From: a virus
DNA length: 64,000 bases
Virus record (IMG/VR): IMGVR_UViG_3300030060_003575
Location: 1 to 64,000 of that record
Direction: 5' to 3' (one strand)
Within the stretch, counting starts at the first letter, position 1. Each line of letters starts with the position of its first letter. Positions 11,042-21,262 of this stretch are shown here, piece by piece. The notes under the pieces were generated by a model. It saw nothing but the letters and a program-made list of their open reading frames with translations. It had not been told where the DNA came from and searched no databases. A program made the translations under genes and the position numbers.

Positions 11042-14000
11042 TGCCTCTTAATAACCCTAATTTCATCAGTTCGCTGGCTACCTCTATTACAGGTAGTGAT
11101 GCTACAAATGATAATGATAGACTAAAAGATGGAACCGACACGTTAAATGCAAATTTAATTAATGCTTTAAATATAGCCACATCCGGTTCGTTTGTTGCTA
11201 GTGGTGGAAACATCACAATGTCTGCTGGTAGTAGTAATACTATATATGCCATCTCTGAAATCAAATATTTCCGCGATGGTAAACTTTTAACAATGTCTGC
11301 ATTAAGCAGTAACAATGAACCCACATGGAACATTAATGCAAACTTCGATTGGTTTGGTTTAATTGTTATTGCAGATGGTACTGAAACAAGTGAAGGTGGT
11401 TCTGATGTTATTAAGTTTAGAGGCAGTAGTACATTAGGTGAGACATTTGTTGATGGTGCTACACCTAAAAACGGAGACATTCCAATAGCAGCAGTTCATA
11501 TTTCTAAAGCATCTACTAATACTGCTACTAACAGAAAAATTCAATTCTTAGGTATGGGCAAATTAAACTCAGAGTTTTCTGCTGTCAACAACGGTACTGA
11601 AACACTTAGGATAAATAAAGACGGGACTATAACAAAGGGCGGTCAAACTATAACTTTGCCGTCTACTACAGGAAATGTAGTAACCACAGGAGATACAAAT
11701 ACAATTACAGAAAGTATGATTGCAGATAATGCTATTGGTAATGACCAGATGGCTAATAATGCAGTTAACACAAATGAAATAGCAAATGATGCAGTCACAT
11801 TTGCTAAGATGACTAATATATCAACAAACTCATTTATAGGTAGAAATAGCGCAGGAACAGGTAATCCTGAAAATCTAACTAAAACACAGGCTTTAACAGT
11901 ATTAAATGTAGAAGACGGTGCTGACGTAACGGACACAACAAATGTCAAGGCTGCATTGAACGCTGACTTGGGCGGGTCTATGACAATAGGTGATGCTAAT
12001 GATACAGTTACAATTGCTGGTGATTTAATAGTTACAGGAACCACCACAACTGAATCAGTAGAAACTGTATCAACTTCTAATGGTGTAGTGTTTGAAGGTT
12101 CAGTTGCAGATAATCATGAAATAACATTAAAGGCTGGAACCGTTACAACTGACAGAACGATAACATTACCAAACGCAACCGGGACTATAGCACTTACCTC
12201 TAGTAATATAACTGGTAACGCTGCTACTGCTACGCAATTACAAACAGGTAGAACAATCAACGGTGTTACTTTTAATGGTACTTCTAATATAACTGTTACA
12301 GCAGCAGCCGGAACATTAACTGGTAATACATTAAAGAGCAGTGTAACTGCTTCTTCATTAACAAGCGTTGGTACAATAGGTACAGGAACATGGCAAGGCA
12401 CACCAATTGCAGATGCTTACATTTCTTCTGCTTCTACTTGGAACGCTAAACTTCCAACGATTGATAGTCACGATTTAGAATCTAACATAAATATTAACAA
12501 TGATTTATTATTGATGCATGATGATTCGGCTAGTGGTACTAAGGAACACAAGATTAGTATTGCAACTATGTTAGGTAAAATTACTGCATCTCAATTAGCA
12601 GGTTCTGGTAAGGTTTTCGGTACTCTACCTGAGAGTGGTGCAGAAGTCAATCAAAACGCATTTACCACTATTGCTGTTTCAGGACAATCAAATGTTATAG
12701 CAGACCAAAAAACAGATACATTAACATTAGCAAGTGGTGGTGCTACTACAATTACTACTGCCGCAGGTAGCGATACAATTACTGTTTCTTCTACAAACAC
12801 CACTTATTCAGCAGGAAATGGTATTGCTTTATCTGGGACTACATTTAGTGTTGCTGCTGGGGATGCACTTACTCAAACATCAACAGGTTTAAAATTAGCA
12901 GACCCAGCAACATTATCAGAATTAACAGAAAGCACTGATAATGGTTCGGATAAAATATTACTTTGGGATGAAAGCACCAGTGCTTGGAAATATATGAGTA
13001 TAACAAACTTAGAAGATTCCATTGGAACATATACTGCGGGTACTGGTTTAAGTGTATCAAGCAATGTGTTTACTCACGATTCACATACAGGAGAAGTTAC
13101 TGGTTCTACTGCCTTAACTATTGCTAACAATGTAGTAGATGAAGCAAACCTAAAAGTCTCTAATAGCCCCACAAACGGATATTTCTTATCTGCTCAATCA
13201 GGAAACACAGGTGGTTTAACTTGGGCTGTTCCTGCAAACACCCAATTAAGCCAAGAACAAGTTGAAGATTATGTAAATGGATTACTGGTTGCTGGCTCAA
13301 ATATAACTAAAACTTATGATGATGCGGCAGGTACACTTACAATAGCATCAACAGATACTAACACTCAATTAACTACAGAACAAGTTCAGGACATTGTAGG
13401 AGCAATGTTTACATCTAACACGGAAACAAGAATAGCAGCAACCTATGAAGATGGAGATGGAACCATTGACTTAGTTGTTGATGACATGACAGCAGATACT
13501 AACACCCAATTATCAAACGAGCAAGTTCAAGATATTGTAGGTGCTATGTTTAGTGGAAATACAGAAACAAACATTACTGCAACATATCGAGATACTGATG
13601 GTACAGTAGACCTTGTTGCTTCAAGTGGTGATGTTGTTGATGATACTTCACCACAACTAGGCGGAGATTTAGATGTTCAAACGCATGAAATTAAAACTAC
13701 TAGCGGTAATAGAGATATTATTTTAAGACCAGATGGAACAGGTGCAGTTATAGTTTCAGATGAAGATGAAAGTTTCCCATCTTCTCCTACTCCAAACAAA
13801 GGAAAATTAACTGTATTGCATGATGGCGGAACAGGGCCAACACTATTACTCTCTGATACAGATGGTGATGAACATGGTGGCCCTAATTTAAACATTTACA
13901 GGGGTTCAGCCAGTCCTGCTGATGATGACATTATCGGGCAAATAACTTTTCAAGGAGTTAACGATAATGATGAACTTGCAGGTTATGGTAGAGTTAAAAC

Positions 14001-17000
14001 ATCAATAGAAGATAATACAGATAGTACAGAAAGTGGTATATTAGCCCTAAGCGTATTGAAGAATGGTACGCATTCTGATATGTTAACTATTAGCGGTGAA
14101 AATAATTTAGTTAAAGTCCACGGTAATTTTGAGGTTACAGGAACACAAACCGTTGTTGATACTGTAACTATGAATGCAGCAAATGCAATAGTGTTTGAAG
14201 GAGCAACTGCTGATGCATATGAAACTACATTAACTATTACAGACCCAACGGCTGATAGAACAATTACATTACCCAATACTAGCGGAACTGTTGCTTTAAC
14301 CAGTCAATTAGCAGGTGCTGGTTCAGATACTACTTATTCAGCAGGTACTAACATCTCATTGAGTGGAACTACTTTCAATGTAGATGATGCTTTCTTGAAG
14401 AATGATGGTGATGATACAACAACAGGAACCATTACTGCCGCAGGGTTAAACTTAACAGCCGCAAATGACCATCCTCTTGTAATACGCAATACAACTAACT
14501 CTGGATATGCAGGTATTCAATTCAGCGATAACTCAAACAACAGTTATGCACAAAGCGGTGAATTGAGATTTAATCACGCAGATAGCAGTTCACAAGGTAG
14601 TGGTGCATCATTCCACTTTACGACCACAGAAGCAGATTTAAGCATAGTCGGTGGTAAATTCATAGCATCAGACTCAGTTGCTACTGAACCCGGCTTTGGT
14701 TTTGCAGGTGATACTGATACAGGTATGTATCAGTCTGCTGCTAATACATTACAATTCGTAACTGCTGGAACAAACAGAATGCAAATTGCTTCCGGTGGAG
14801 GAGTTAGTATCAATAACGATGTTTCAATTACTAAGACATTACCAAGTAATAATGCAACAACTCTTAGTGGCGCACAAGCATTTGTTGTTGATTGCATTGA
14901 CGACCAATCCTCTTCTAGTGGGCCGGGTTTTGCAATTAGACTAGAAGCAACAAATGACCATAATGGCCCTAACTATACCAAAACCATTATGGGCGATGGT
15001 GGAGGTATGAGAGTTAAAAACATCTTTGGTAACTATGGGTTTAGTGAATGGTGGTTAGGTGGGACTGCTGATGGTAATAAGCCCATTATGTCTCTTGCGG
15101 CAGGTGGAGCCACAAGTGCAGGTGCGGCTCAAGATGGAATATTAACACTCTATTCAACTACTTCGGCTTGGGCAAACAATACATATTCACCAACCAATAA
15201 CACAGCAAAGGTTGTATTAGACGCAGGTGGAGATTCATACTTTAAAGGCGGAGATGTAGGTATAGGTACATCAACAATAAATGGTATACTTCATATTCGT
15301 GATGAAAGTGATGGTGATGACCAATTCTCTGGTATTCGTTTCTTCCCCGCAGATTCAGAAACAAGTGCTACTGATAATGATTTCTATCATAATATCACGG
15401 GTTTCAGAAAAGGAGGATTGATGTTAAGTGGTGGACAAAGTGGAAACTACACTAGGACATATGCAACACTCAACAATGATGGTTTCAAGGTATTCACGAA
15501 TGCAGGTGATAATACCGCAGTTAATATGTCTACACAACAAAGAATGTTAGTTCCTACAGGTGGAGGCGCAACTACATTCTATACAGATATATTAATAGAA
15601 TCATCAGCGACTTCTGGTGAAGCACCCGTTCTTGACCTATACAAAAACGATAGTGGCCCTGCTGTTAGCGAAGCAATGGGTTCAATTAAGTTCTCTGGTG
15701 AAAATGATGCAGACCAAAAAGTAACTTATGCTGAAATTCAGTCATTTATAGAAGATGAAACTGATGCTACTGAAAATGCTGCTTTACAGTTTTGGGTACA
15801 AGAAATGGGTACTCCAAGAGAGAATCTACGAATTGCATCCAACCAAATCACATTCAACAACACCGAAAGAAACGTAGATGTGTTGATTAAATCAGACGAT
15901 GGAAGTACAAACTTCTTCTCGGATGCTGGTACTAATCGTGTAGGAATAGGCACTACAAGCCCTGCTTCATTATTAGACGTAGCATCTGCTTCTACTTCTG
16001 TCATTAGACTATCAAACACGGATACTGCACTTACTGAAGACCAAATAACAGGTGAGATAATATTCGACCAATCAGATAGCACAAGTGGCGGAGATGGTAT
16101 AAGTGGGCGTATAGGTATGCGCTCGGCAACAAGACCGGATAATGCTAGTTACTTTGGTAATGCAGCAGATATGGGATTCTTTGTTTCAGGTTCGGCTGAT
16201 GGTACTGCTTCTAACAATGCGGCTTTAGAAGCAATGACTATTAGAGCAGGTGGTAAAGTTGGAATAGGCACTACCACACCAACCGGAAAACTAACCATTA
16301 CTGATGGAGGTCACGACATGATTCATCTGAATCGAACTGTGAACAACGCAGGGTACGGAATGGGTATAATTGGTAGAGCAGGAAACTCAGCATCCACAAC
16401 TGCCGCACATGAGTATGCCGCAATATTCCTACAAATAGAAGACAACACAGATGGTGCGGAAAAAGGTAGTATAGCATTCAATACATCAAGTGGTGGAACT
16501 GCGGCGGATTCAGGTAGCACTCATGCTATGCAAATTACATCTGCTGGTAATGTCGGGATAGGCACTACAAGCCCTGATGCTAAATTACGCATACATCAGA
16601 CTGATGGTTCAGTTCATGGATTAAAGGTATCTAGGAACGATTCAAGCACTTCTACCCCGTTAGTATTTTTACTTGATGATAGCGTATATGTGGATAGCCC
16701 TACACTTCATATAAGAAACGATAGAGCAGACCAATATGGTTATTCTGCTTTATTTGAGGGAAGAGTTGGAATAGGTCATGCTGGAAACACGGTAACTGCC
16801 CCTGACCAACAATTACACGTTGAAGGTAGTATTCTGATTGATGCGTACAATCAAGGTACAACAACAGTAGCCTCTAACTATTCAGATGGTGAGACTTCAC
16901 TTGTTTTAACTGATGCAAGCACATTTAATGAAAAGGGAACAGGAACAATTAATGGTGTGAAGTTTAGTTGGACAGCAATAAACTATGGTACAAACACTTT

Positions 17001-19425
17001 AACTGTTCCAGACCTTAATGCAAACTATGCTTCTGGTGTAACTGTTGCTGCTGATACAGGGTTATTCTTTAGAGAAGGGTTTGAAACTGCGGCTCAACCT
17101 AGTGTTACTATCTATGACCAAGCCAATAGCGGTGCTTCAAGAGATGACCTTTCACTTAATGCTAATAGTGCAATTAGAATGCAGTTGGCTAATAATGCGG
17201 AGGTGCTTCTAACTGATGATAAATTAAGCCTAACACCCGGTAATGAAGATGTTGCCTCATTTGTATTCAGAAACAGAGTAGACTTAGGTATGTTTGAAAG
17301 CGGATACAATCTACAACTTGCTGCACCAGAAAATGTTTATGTTCAAATAGATAGTAATAACAACAATGCTGGTACTAAAGGTTTCATTGTTAAGAAAGAT
17401 TCAAACAGCGTTGGTGGTGGTACTGAAATATTCAAAGTTATGGAAACAGGTGCAGTTACCATTAATCAAGCATTTACATTACCAACAGCAGATGGTTCAG
17501 CAAATCAGATATTAAAGACTGATGGAAGCGGTACAGTATCTTGGGCGGCTGATGGTTATGATGGTGATATTACTACGTTAGATATTGACGGTGGAACAGA
17601 CATAGGTGAAGCAATAGCAGACTCAGACTTAATTATTGTAGATAACGGAGCCGGAGGAACAAACCGTAAAGCAACGTTTAGCAGAGTTAAGACTTGGATT
17701 GGGGGTAATGTTTCAGAAGTGAGAATTAGAGATGCTAGAGCAGACGGTGATATAACACCAGATGACCACACTGATAGGGCTGCTTCATTCCATTTCACAG
17801 ATGATATTACTGGTAGCCCTAACTCTTGGGATGGAGTATTAACCATGAAAGGATGGGGTGACAGTTATACTGCTTGGCAATTACTATCTTCAAACGCTTC
17901 TTCAAACATACAAGTAAATCAACCTCTTTACTTTAGGACAGGAGAAGACGCCGCTTGGAGTAACTTAAGAAAGGTAATAACAGAAGATAACAATGGCCGT
18001 GTTGGTATTGGTAACGGTGGTAATGTTCAAGCCACTAACACACTAGAGATAAATCATTCTGGTGCTGATGGCGATAACGGAATAATGATTTCTAGAGATG
18101 TTGAAGAAATATCGCAAAACGATGTTCTTGGTGGTATTGGTTTTGATTCTCACGATGGTAATGACCCAAGCAGTGTTTTAGAAGCATCTGTTGCTATTGT
18201 TGCTAAAGCAAGGGAAGACCACAGTACAGGTGACAAAGGAGGATTCTTAGAATTCATGTATTCACCAACAAACCAAGATGATGATACAACAAGCAGTGTT
18301 GGTATGACATTTATAGATGGTAAGTTAGCCATAAACAATGGTGGGATTCACCCATTAACTACTCTAACTGTGTATCATAATGGCACCGATTTCAATGATG
18401 GAATGTTGATTGTTAGAAACGATGGAACTACTGTTGGTGGTGAATTACTTGGGGCAATTGGTTTTGATTCTAGAGACGGTAATGCTCCTTCACAGGCAAC
18501 ACAAGCATCTGCTGGTATTGCGGCTTATGCGGCAGAAGACCATAGCACAGGTGACAAGGGTGGGGCTTTAGCGTTCTTTACATCACCTCTTGACCAAGAT
18601 GATGATACTGCCTCTATCGAAAGAATGAGGATAAAGGCTGGTGGTTCTATCATGTTCCAAGATGATAACCCGAACAAGACAATCAGGGTTCATGCAGATA
18701 CTAATTCAAGCCCTCAACCAAGAATAGAAATGATGCGAGGTACGCATGATACATGGGGTAGTGGTGATAACTACAATGATTGGAGATTTATCAATGAAAA
18801 CGATTTAGTATTCTATTCTGGTACAAGTAGCATTTCAAGCGGTGCGGCAGTAGAAAGACTAAAACTATATTCAGATGGAAGTGGATTAGAAATAAACAAT
18901 GCTTACAAATTACCGGGAGCAGATGGTAGTAATGGACAAGTTTTAGTTACAAATGGTAGTGGAACATTATCATTCGCTGACCAATCAGGCGGGGGTGGAG
19001 GTTTAGATACAAACACCTTTGTTATTACTGGTGAAGAAGGAGACTTATATGCAGGTACAGGTAGCACAGGCAACGCTAACGGTTATCAATTCTCATACGG
19101 TAATGGTAGAGCAAACGTGCAAAATTCAAGCAGTGGAACTGACTTTGGTATTAACGTACCTGTGAATTGCACATTAACCAGAGTAGATGTAGTATTTGGA
19201 AACAATGGTAATGTGAGTACCGGAACCACTACATTCGTTGTAGTGAAGAACGGTACAAATCAATCAGGTAACTTAAGCACTAGCCATTCATCAGGTGTGC
19301 ATGATACTCATCATACAGGATTATCACATTCATTCTCAGCAGGTGATAGATTCAACTTAAGAACAACAACTTCATCTAAGCAAGTTGGCCCTATGAGAAT
19401 GACAGCATACTTTACTCCAACATGA
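11041..19425 (+). CDS. long tail fibre / receptor-binding protein (2794 aa)
   Basis: Repeated GxVGIGTTxP, LPxADGSxxQxLxTxGSG and EQVQDIVGAMF fibre modules. Confidence 0.85.
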   Translation: MPLNNPNFISSLATSITGSDATNDNDRLKDGTDTLNANLINALNIATSGSFVASGGNITMSAGSSNTIYAISEIKYFRDGKLLTMSALSSNNEPTWNINANFDWFGLIVIADGTETSEGGSDVIKFRGSSTLGETFVDGATPKNGDIPIAAVHISKASTNTATNRKIQFLGMGKLNSEFSAVNNGTETLRINKDGTITKGGQTITLPSTTGNVVTTGDTNTITESMIADNAIGNDQMANNAVNTNEIANDAVTFAKMTNISTNSFIGRNSAGTGNPENLTKTQALTVLNVEDGADVTDTTNVKAALNADLGGSMTIGDANDTVTIAGDLIVTGTTTTESVETVSTSNGVVFEGSVADNHEITLKAGTVTTDRTITLPNATGTIALTSSNITGNAATATQLQTGRTINGVTFNGTSNITVTAAAGTLTGNTLKSSVTASSLTSVGTIGTGTWQGTPIADAYISSASTWNAKLPTIDSHDLESNININNDLLLMHDDSASGTKEHKISIATMLGKITASQLAGSGKVFGTLPESGAEVNQNAFTTIAVSGQSNVIADQKTDTLTLASGGATTITTAAGSDTITVSSTNTTYSAGNGIALSGTTFSVAAGDALTQTSTGLKLADPATLSELTESTDNGSDKILLWDESTSAWKYMSITNLEDSIGTYTAGTGLSVSSNVFTHDSHTGEVTGSTALTIANNVVDEANLKVSNSPTNGYFLSAQSGNTGGLTWAVPANTQLSQEQVEDYVNGLLVAGSNITKTYDDAAGTLTIASTDTNTQLTTEQVQDIVGAMFTSNTETRIAATYEDGDGTIDLVVDDMTADTNTQLSNEQVQDIVGAMFSGNTETNITATYRDTDGTVDLVASSGDVVDDTSPQLGGDLDVQTHEIKTTSGNRDIILRPDGTGAVIVSDEDESFPSSPTPNKGKLTVLHDGGTGPTLLLSDTDGDEHGGPNLNIYRGSASPADDDIIGQITFQGVNDNDELAGYGRVKTSIEDNTDSTESGILALSVLKNGTHSDMLTISGENNLVKVHGNFEVTGTQTVVDTVTMNAANAIVFEGATADAYETTLTITDPTADRTITLPNTSGTVALTSQLAGAGSDTTYSAGTNISLSGTTFNVDDAFLKNDGDDTTTGTITAAGLNLTAANDHPLVIRNTTNSGYAGIQFSDNSNNSYAQSGELRFNHADSSSQGSGASFHFTTTEADLSIVGGKFIASDSVATEPGFGFAGDTDTGMYQSAANTLQFVTAGTNRMQIASGGGVSINNDVSITKTLPSNNATTLSGAQAFVVDCIDDQSSSSGPGFAIRLEATNDHNGPNYTKTIMGDGGGMRVKNIFGNYGFSEWWLGGTADGNKPIMSLAAGGATSAGAAQDGILTLYSTTSAWANNTYSPTNNTAKVVLDAGGDSYFKGGDVGIGTSTINGILHIRDESDGDDQFSGIRFFPADSETSATDNDFYHNITGFRKGGLMLSGGQSGNYTRTYATLNNDGFKVFTNAGDNTAVNMSTQQRMLVPTGGGATTFYTDILIESSATSGEAPVLDLYKNDSGPAVSEAMGSIKFSGENDADQKVTYAEIQSFIEDETDATENAALQFWVQEMGTPRENLRIASNQITFNNTERNVDVLIKSDDGSTNFFSDAGTNRVGIGTTSPASLLDVASASTSVIRLSNTDTALTEDQITGEIIFDQSDSTSGGDGISGRIGMRSATRPDNASYFGNAADMGFFVSGSADGTASNNAALEAMTIRAGGKVGIGTTTPTGKLTITDGGHDMIHLNRTVNNAGYGMGIIGRAGNSASTTAAHEYAAIFLQIEDNTDGAEKGSIAFNTSSGGTAADSGSTHAMQITSAGNVGIGTTSPDAKLRIHQTDGSVHGLKVSRNDSSTSTPLVFLLDDSVYVDSPTLHIRNDRADQYGYSALFEGRVGIGHAGNTVTAPDQQLHVEGSILIDAYNQGTTTVASNYSDGETSLVLTDASTFNEKGTGTINGVKFSWTAINYGTNTLTVPDLNANYASGVTVAADTGLFFREGFETAAQPSVTIYDQANSGASRDDLSLNANSAIRMQLANNAEVLLTDDKLSLTPGNEDVASFVFRNRVDLGMFESGYNLQLAAPENVYVQIDSNNNNAGTKGFIVKKDSNSVGGGTEIFKVMETGAVTINQAFTLPTADGSANQILKTDGSGTVSWAADGYDGDITTLDIDGGTDIGEAIADSDLIIVDNGAGGTNRKATFSRVKTWIGGNVSEVRIRDARADGDITPDDHTDRAASFHFTDDITGSPNSWDGVLTMKGWGDSYTAWQLLSSNASSNIQVNQPLYFRTGEDAAWSNLRKVITEDNNGRVGIGNGGNVQATNTLEINHSGADGDNGIMISRDVEEISQNDVLGGIGFDSHDGNDPSSVLEASVAIVAKAREDHSTGDKGGFLEFMYSPTNQDDDTTSSVGMTFIDGKLAINNGGIHPLTTLTVYHNGTDFNDGMLIVRNDGTTVGGELLGAIGFDSRDGNAPSQATQASAGIAAYAAEDHSTGDKGGALAFFTSPLDQDDDTASIERMRIKAGGSIMFQDDNPNKTIRVHADTNSSPQPRIEMMRGTHDTWGSGDNYNDWRFINENDLVFYSGTSSISSGAAVERLKLYSDGSGLEINNAYKLPGADGSNGQVLVTNGSGTLSFADQSGGGGGLDTNTFVITGEEGDLYAGTGSTGNANGYQFSYGNGRANVQNSSSGTDFGINVPVNCTLTRVDVVFGNNGNVSTGTTTFVVVKNGTNQSGNLSTSHSSGVHDTHHTGLSHSFSAGDRFNLRTTTSSKQVGPMRMTAYFTPT

Positions 19426-19434
19426 GGTGATTAA

Positions 19435-19728
19435 ATGACATTGACAGAAGAACAAGCATGGAATAACGTTAGAGCAGGAAGAGACTATTGGTTAGAAAAA
19501 TCAGTAGATTTTTATCAGAGTAAACCTCTTTTATATAACTCATTAACAGATGAACAAAGAACTGAATTAGGAGAATATAGACAAGCATTATTAGATTTTC
19601 CTCAGGATTTAGAGACTTATCTAAATGGAGACATGCCTTTAGACTATGACCAATACTTTCCAATACAGCCTGAGTTCTTTGAACACAGACAGCATACAGA
19701 AGAGACCCAAACTGCTATAACGACTTAA
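19435..19728 (+). CDS. tail fibre assembly chaperone
   Basis: WxxVRxxRDxxL...YRQALLDFPQ pattern; immediately follows the fibre gene; GAGGTGA RBS. Confidence 0.75.
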   Translation: MTLTEEQAWNNVRAGRDYWLEKSVDFYQSKPLLYNSLTDEQRTELGEYRQALLDFPQDLETYLNGDMPLDYDQYFPIQPEFFEHRQHTEETQTAITT

Positions 19729-20048
19729 CGCAGAGTCGGTCTAACATATTACCCAACAAGAACGCCATAGAGCGTGTTTGTGAGTCGGTGCTAAACTAAC
19801 CGGAATCTGGTTTTTTGTGGCCTCTAAGGGCCATACAAAGCCCATCTAAGTAGGATTTTTCAGTCGAATCACGGCGATATTTTGCGGGTCACGGGCGACC
19901 CCTATCAGCGTGAACAAGAATGAGAAAACCGACACTATTTAACATCGAATCTAAAATAGGCTATTCTCAAAAGTTGATTTTCCTAGAGCCTTATTTTGAC
20001 GTTTTCTTAAAAAGCCGTTTTTGGGGGTTTTGAAAAACCAAAAAAAAT
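19729..20048. terminator. convergent intergenic region with T/A tracts and short hairpins
   Basis: Junction of the + and - modules; T-run near 19810, A-run 20040-20047, hairpins TGGCC-TCTAAG-GGCCA and GGGTC-ACGGGC-GACCC. Confidence 0.45.
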
Positions 20049-20210
20049 TTAGTGAGCCTCCGCTAAGGGTAAGATTTTTTCAGACCAGAGAGCATTACAC
20101 TCCCTGCATTCCCAAATCTTAACCCTTTGCGGAGAACCCACATAGAAACCTAGAATTCTTCTAGGAATCGTTTCCTCGCCACAATTGGCACATTGTTCCC
20201 TAAGTGCCAC
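20049..20210 (-). CDS. small Zn-ribbon protein (53 aa)
   Basis: Manual translation MALREQCANCGEE...WECRECNALWSEKILPLAEAH (GTG start); two CxxC; too short for the ORF track. Confidence 0.65.
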   Translation of the reverse strand: MALREQCANCGEETIPRRILGFYVGSPQRVKIWECRECNALWSEKILPLAEAH

Positions 20211-20355
20211 GTTGTTGTTCCTCACTAATTAGTTGTTCCATATATTCTTCTATGGTTTCATTTGTGACCTTTGCAGACCCAAATGCCGCGAAGAATAGTA
20301 AACTAATAGCGAGTACAAATACAATCCATAGCACTATCTCTAATGTTGTTGCCAT
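20200..20355 (-). CDS. small membrane protein (51 aa)
   Basis: Manual translation MATTLEIVLWIVFVLAISLLFFAAFG...; start overlaps the upstream stop. Confidence 0.6.
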   Translation of the reverse strand: MATTLEIVLWIVFVLAISLLFFAAFGSAKVTNETIEEYMEQLISEEQQRGT

Positions 20356-20951
20356 TACCAATCTACCTCCAATGTTCTTTCTTCTTCGTCATCAATTGAA
20401 TAACCCTTTACAAACCCCTCATCTTTGCCGTGTTTCCACAAGTCATAAACTAATTGACAATCTTTTAAACAATACTCAGCAACCTCTGAGTATTTACCTT
20501 CTTTCCAAATAACAGGTGCGTCTGCACTATCCATTGTTTTTGCATCACCTAATGTGTGCTTTACTAAATTGCCTAAACTAAAACGCTGTCCTGTTACGGT
20601 ACTTACTTCCCTACTTGTATCAATGTAGGCTTTCTTATTGAAGTATTTATTGATACAAAATATATCCATAGAGTCACGTAATACTGGTAGGTCAAAGGCC
20701 GCTAAGTTATGTCCTAGTAATATACCACCCTTTTGTATATGGTCGTCTAGGTCAAACTTTAACTGCCTTAATGATTTAACAACAGTGCCTCCCTTTGTTA
20801 AATCATCTACAGCCTTATCAATATAAACAGTACCTACATCACCATCCCATGTGCAAACTACAGATGGAAGAAACATATGGGTATTGCCCCACCCACCAAT
20901 TTCGTGAGCAAAGTTTTTTGTTTCAATATCTAATGCTAATACATTACCCAA
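20355..20951 (-). CDS. DEDD/RNase H-like 3'-5' exonuclease
   Basis: LALDIET (ExoI), GHNLAAFDLP (ExoII), YCLKD (ExoIII). Confidence 0.85.
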   Translation of the reverse strand: MGNVLALDIETKNFAHEIGGWGNTHMFLPSVVCTWDGDVGTVYIDKAVDDLTKGGTVVKSLRQLKFDLDDHIQKGGILLGHNLAAFDLPVLRDSMDIFCINKYFNKKAYIDTSREVSTVTGQRFSLGNLVKHTLGDAKTMDSADAPVIWKEGKYSEVAEYCLKDCQLVYDLWKHGKDEGFVKGYSIDDEEERTLEVDW

Positions 20952-21013
20952 ACAAAGTCAACCCCAATAGTCCTGCAATAACAGTTGCAGTGGTTTTAAG
21001 TATTCCAGGAGAT

Positions 21014-21262
21014 TTATTCATCTCCGCCACCCCATAAATTCTTCAATGTCTTTTCTCTTTCTGCCTTTGGTTCAATAACCTTTGGCGCACTAACTTGCCT
21101 GCGTAGGAAAGTTACTATTCTTTCTTCACCTATAGATAAATTGTCATATGCTTCCCAACCATCTTTGCCTTCTGCATTTAGATTATCTATCATATTCTTA
21201 GGCCCATTCAATATACTGAATACAAGAAACTTATATTCATATTTTGCTCCTTCATAACTCAT
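21014..21262 (-). CDS. DUF4177-like small protein
   Basis: YEYKF...LNAEGKDGWE pattern. Confidence 0.6.
   Translation of the reverse strand: MSYEGAKYEYKFLVFSILNGPKNMIDNLNAEGKDGWEAYDNLSIGEERIVTFLRRQVSAPKVIEPKAEREKTLKNLWGGGDE

Noticed and set aside
11041-19425. Diversity-generating retroelement acting on the tail fibre
   Set aside because: No reverse transcriptase and no template/variable repeat pair differing only at adenines was seen; the repeats are diverged protein modules.
1831-19663. Numerous minus-strand ORFs within the tail genes
   Set aside because: Antisense shadows of long + strand genes caused by codon bias.
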